Shown here piece after piece: positions 63,378 through 64,000 of a stretch of DNA of 64,000 nucleotides. The position numbers were made by a program, and so were the translations under genes. Where the stretch lies: assembly GCA_965223505.1 (NCBI GenBank), contig CBDCWP010000039.1, positions 64,001-128,000 on the forward strand, written 5' to 3'. How positions within the stretch are numbered: the stretch's first letter is position 1; each line of letters begins with the position of its first letter. The notes under the pieces are model-generated. The model was not told the origin of the DNA. It saw nothing but the letters and a program-made list of their open reading frames with translations, and did not search any database. Source of the DNA: Planctomycetota bacterium. Its GTDB lineage: Bacteria; Planctomycetota; PLA2; JAEUHO01.

Positions 63378-64000
63378 CGATCGTCGCGTTCGACTTGCCG
63401 AGCGACTACATGGTGACGTTCTGGGCGTGCGTGTCCGTGTGCTTCGGACTCGTCGTCGGCTCGTTCTTGAACGTGGTCATTTGGCGCCTGCCCCGCGGAC
63501 AGAAGCTCGGCAAGCCGCGTTCAGCGTGTCCGGGATGCGGCGCGCTCATTCGCTGGTACGACAACATCCCCGTGCTGTCGTGGTTGGTACTGCGCGCCAG
63601 GTGCCGTCGTTGCGACGTGAAGATTCCCATTCGCTACCCCGTCGTCGAGGCGTTGACGGGGCTGCTCTTCTTCCTCGCATTCATCGAACACCATCCGCGG
63701 CTCGAATCGATCCTGATCGTGCAGCTTGCTCTCGCCGCGCTGCTCGCGATCTCGTACATCGATTGGGACCACAAGATCATCCCCGACAAGATCACGCTCC
63801 CCGGCATCGTCGCCGGCGTCGTCGTCGCGCCGTGGTTGGCGTTGCACGATCAGCCGTTCTTGCGCGACGCGGCGCCGTGGCCCGACGCTTGGCTGCGCGC
63901 GCTCGCCGGCGTCGCCGTGGGCGGCGGCGTCGTCTGGGCGATTCGCATCCTCGGTGGCTGGATCCTGAAGAAGGAAGCGATGGGATTCGGGGACGTGAAG
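63374..64000 (+). CDS. pilD: Prepilin peptidase/N-methyltransferase (partial, runs off the window)
   Basis: Read directly from DNA (absent from the ORF track): GSFLNVVIWRLP, RSACPGC, WYDNIPVLSW, CRRC, YP.VE, ID, AMGFGDVK. Confidence 0.92.
   Translation, partial: MTIVAFDLPSDYMVTFWACVSVCFGLVVGSFLNVVIWRLPRGQKLGKPRSACPGCGALIRWYDNIPVLSWLVLRARCRRCDVKIPIRYPVVEALTGLLFFLAFIEHHPRLESILIVQLALAALLAISYIDWDHKIIPDKITLPGIVAGVVVAPWLALHDQPFLRDAAPWPDAWLRALAGVAVGGGVVWAIRILGGWILKKEAMGFGDVK

Overview
High-GC (about 70% by spot checks) bacterial chromosomal window, probably Planctomycetota (inferred from PEP-CTERM/exosortase, DUF4388-like and DUF1570-like proteins; not verified). Positions 1-33.7 kb hold an exosortase/EpsI-linked surface-glycan locus: Wzx, a Wzy/ligase-like protein, Wza, eight glycosyltransferases, the rmlACDB and gmd-fcl sugar pathways, a PEP-CTERM substrate, and many decorating enzymes (two sulfotransferase-like proteins plus CysQ, an LtaS-family transferase, a Kdo/WaaP-like kinase, an O-acyltransferase and a methyltransferase). 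Positions 34-64 kb hold mostly housekeeping and metabolic genes (apt, argS, pyrK-like, a thiolase/Hbd/acyl-CoA dehydrogenase/MeaB/B12-binding cluster, an acyl-CoA synthetase, pgi, ssb, pilD) and a second PEP-CTERM gene. The right half also carries a family of GTAG-type REP hairpins. These form a BIME after argS and a pair of 102-bp direct repeats bracketing a low-GC two-gene cassette, which an IS256 has interrupted (8-bp TSD). Another REP has an IS481 inserted at its GTAG foot (6-bp TSD). No rRNA, tRNA or CRISPR array was recognised. All product calls come from manual motif recognition, not database searches.
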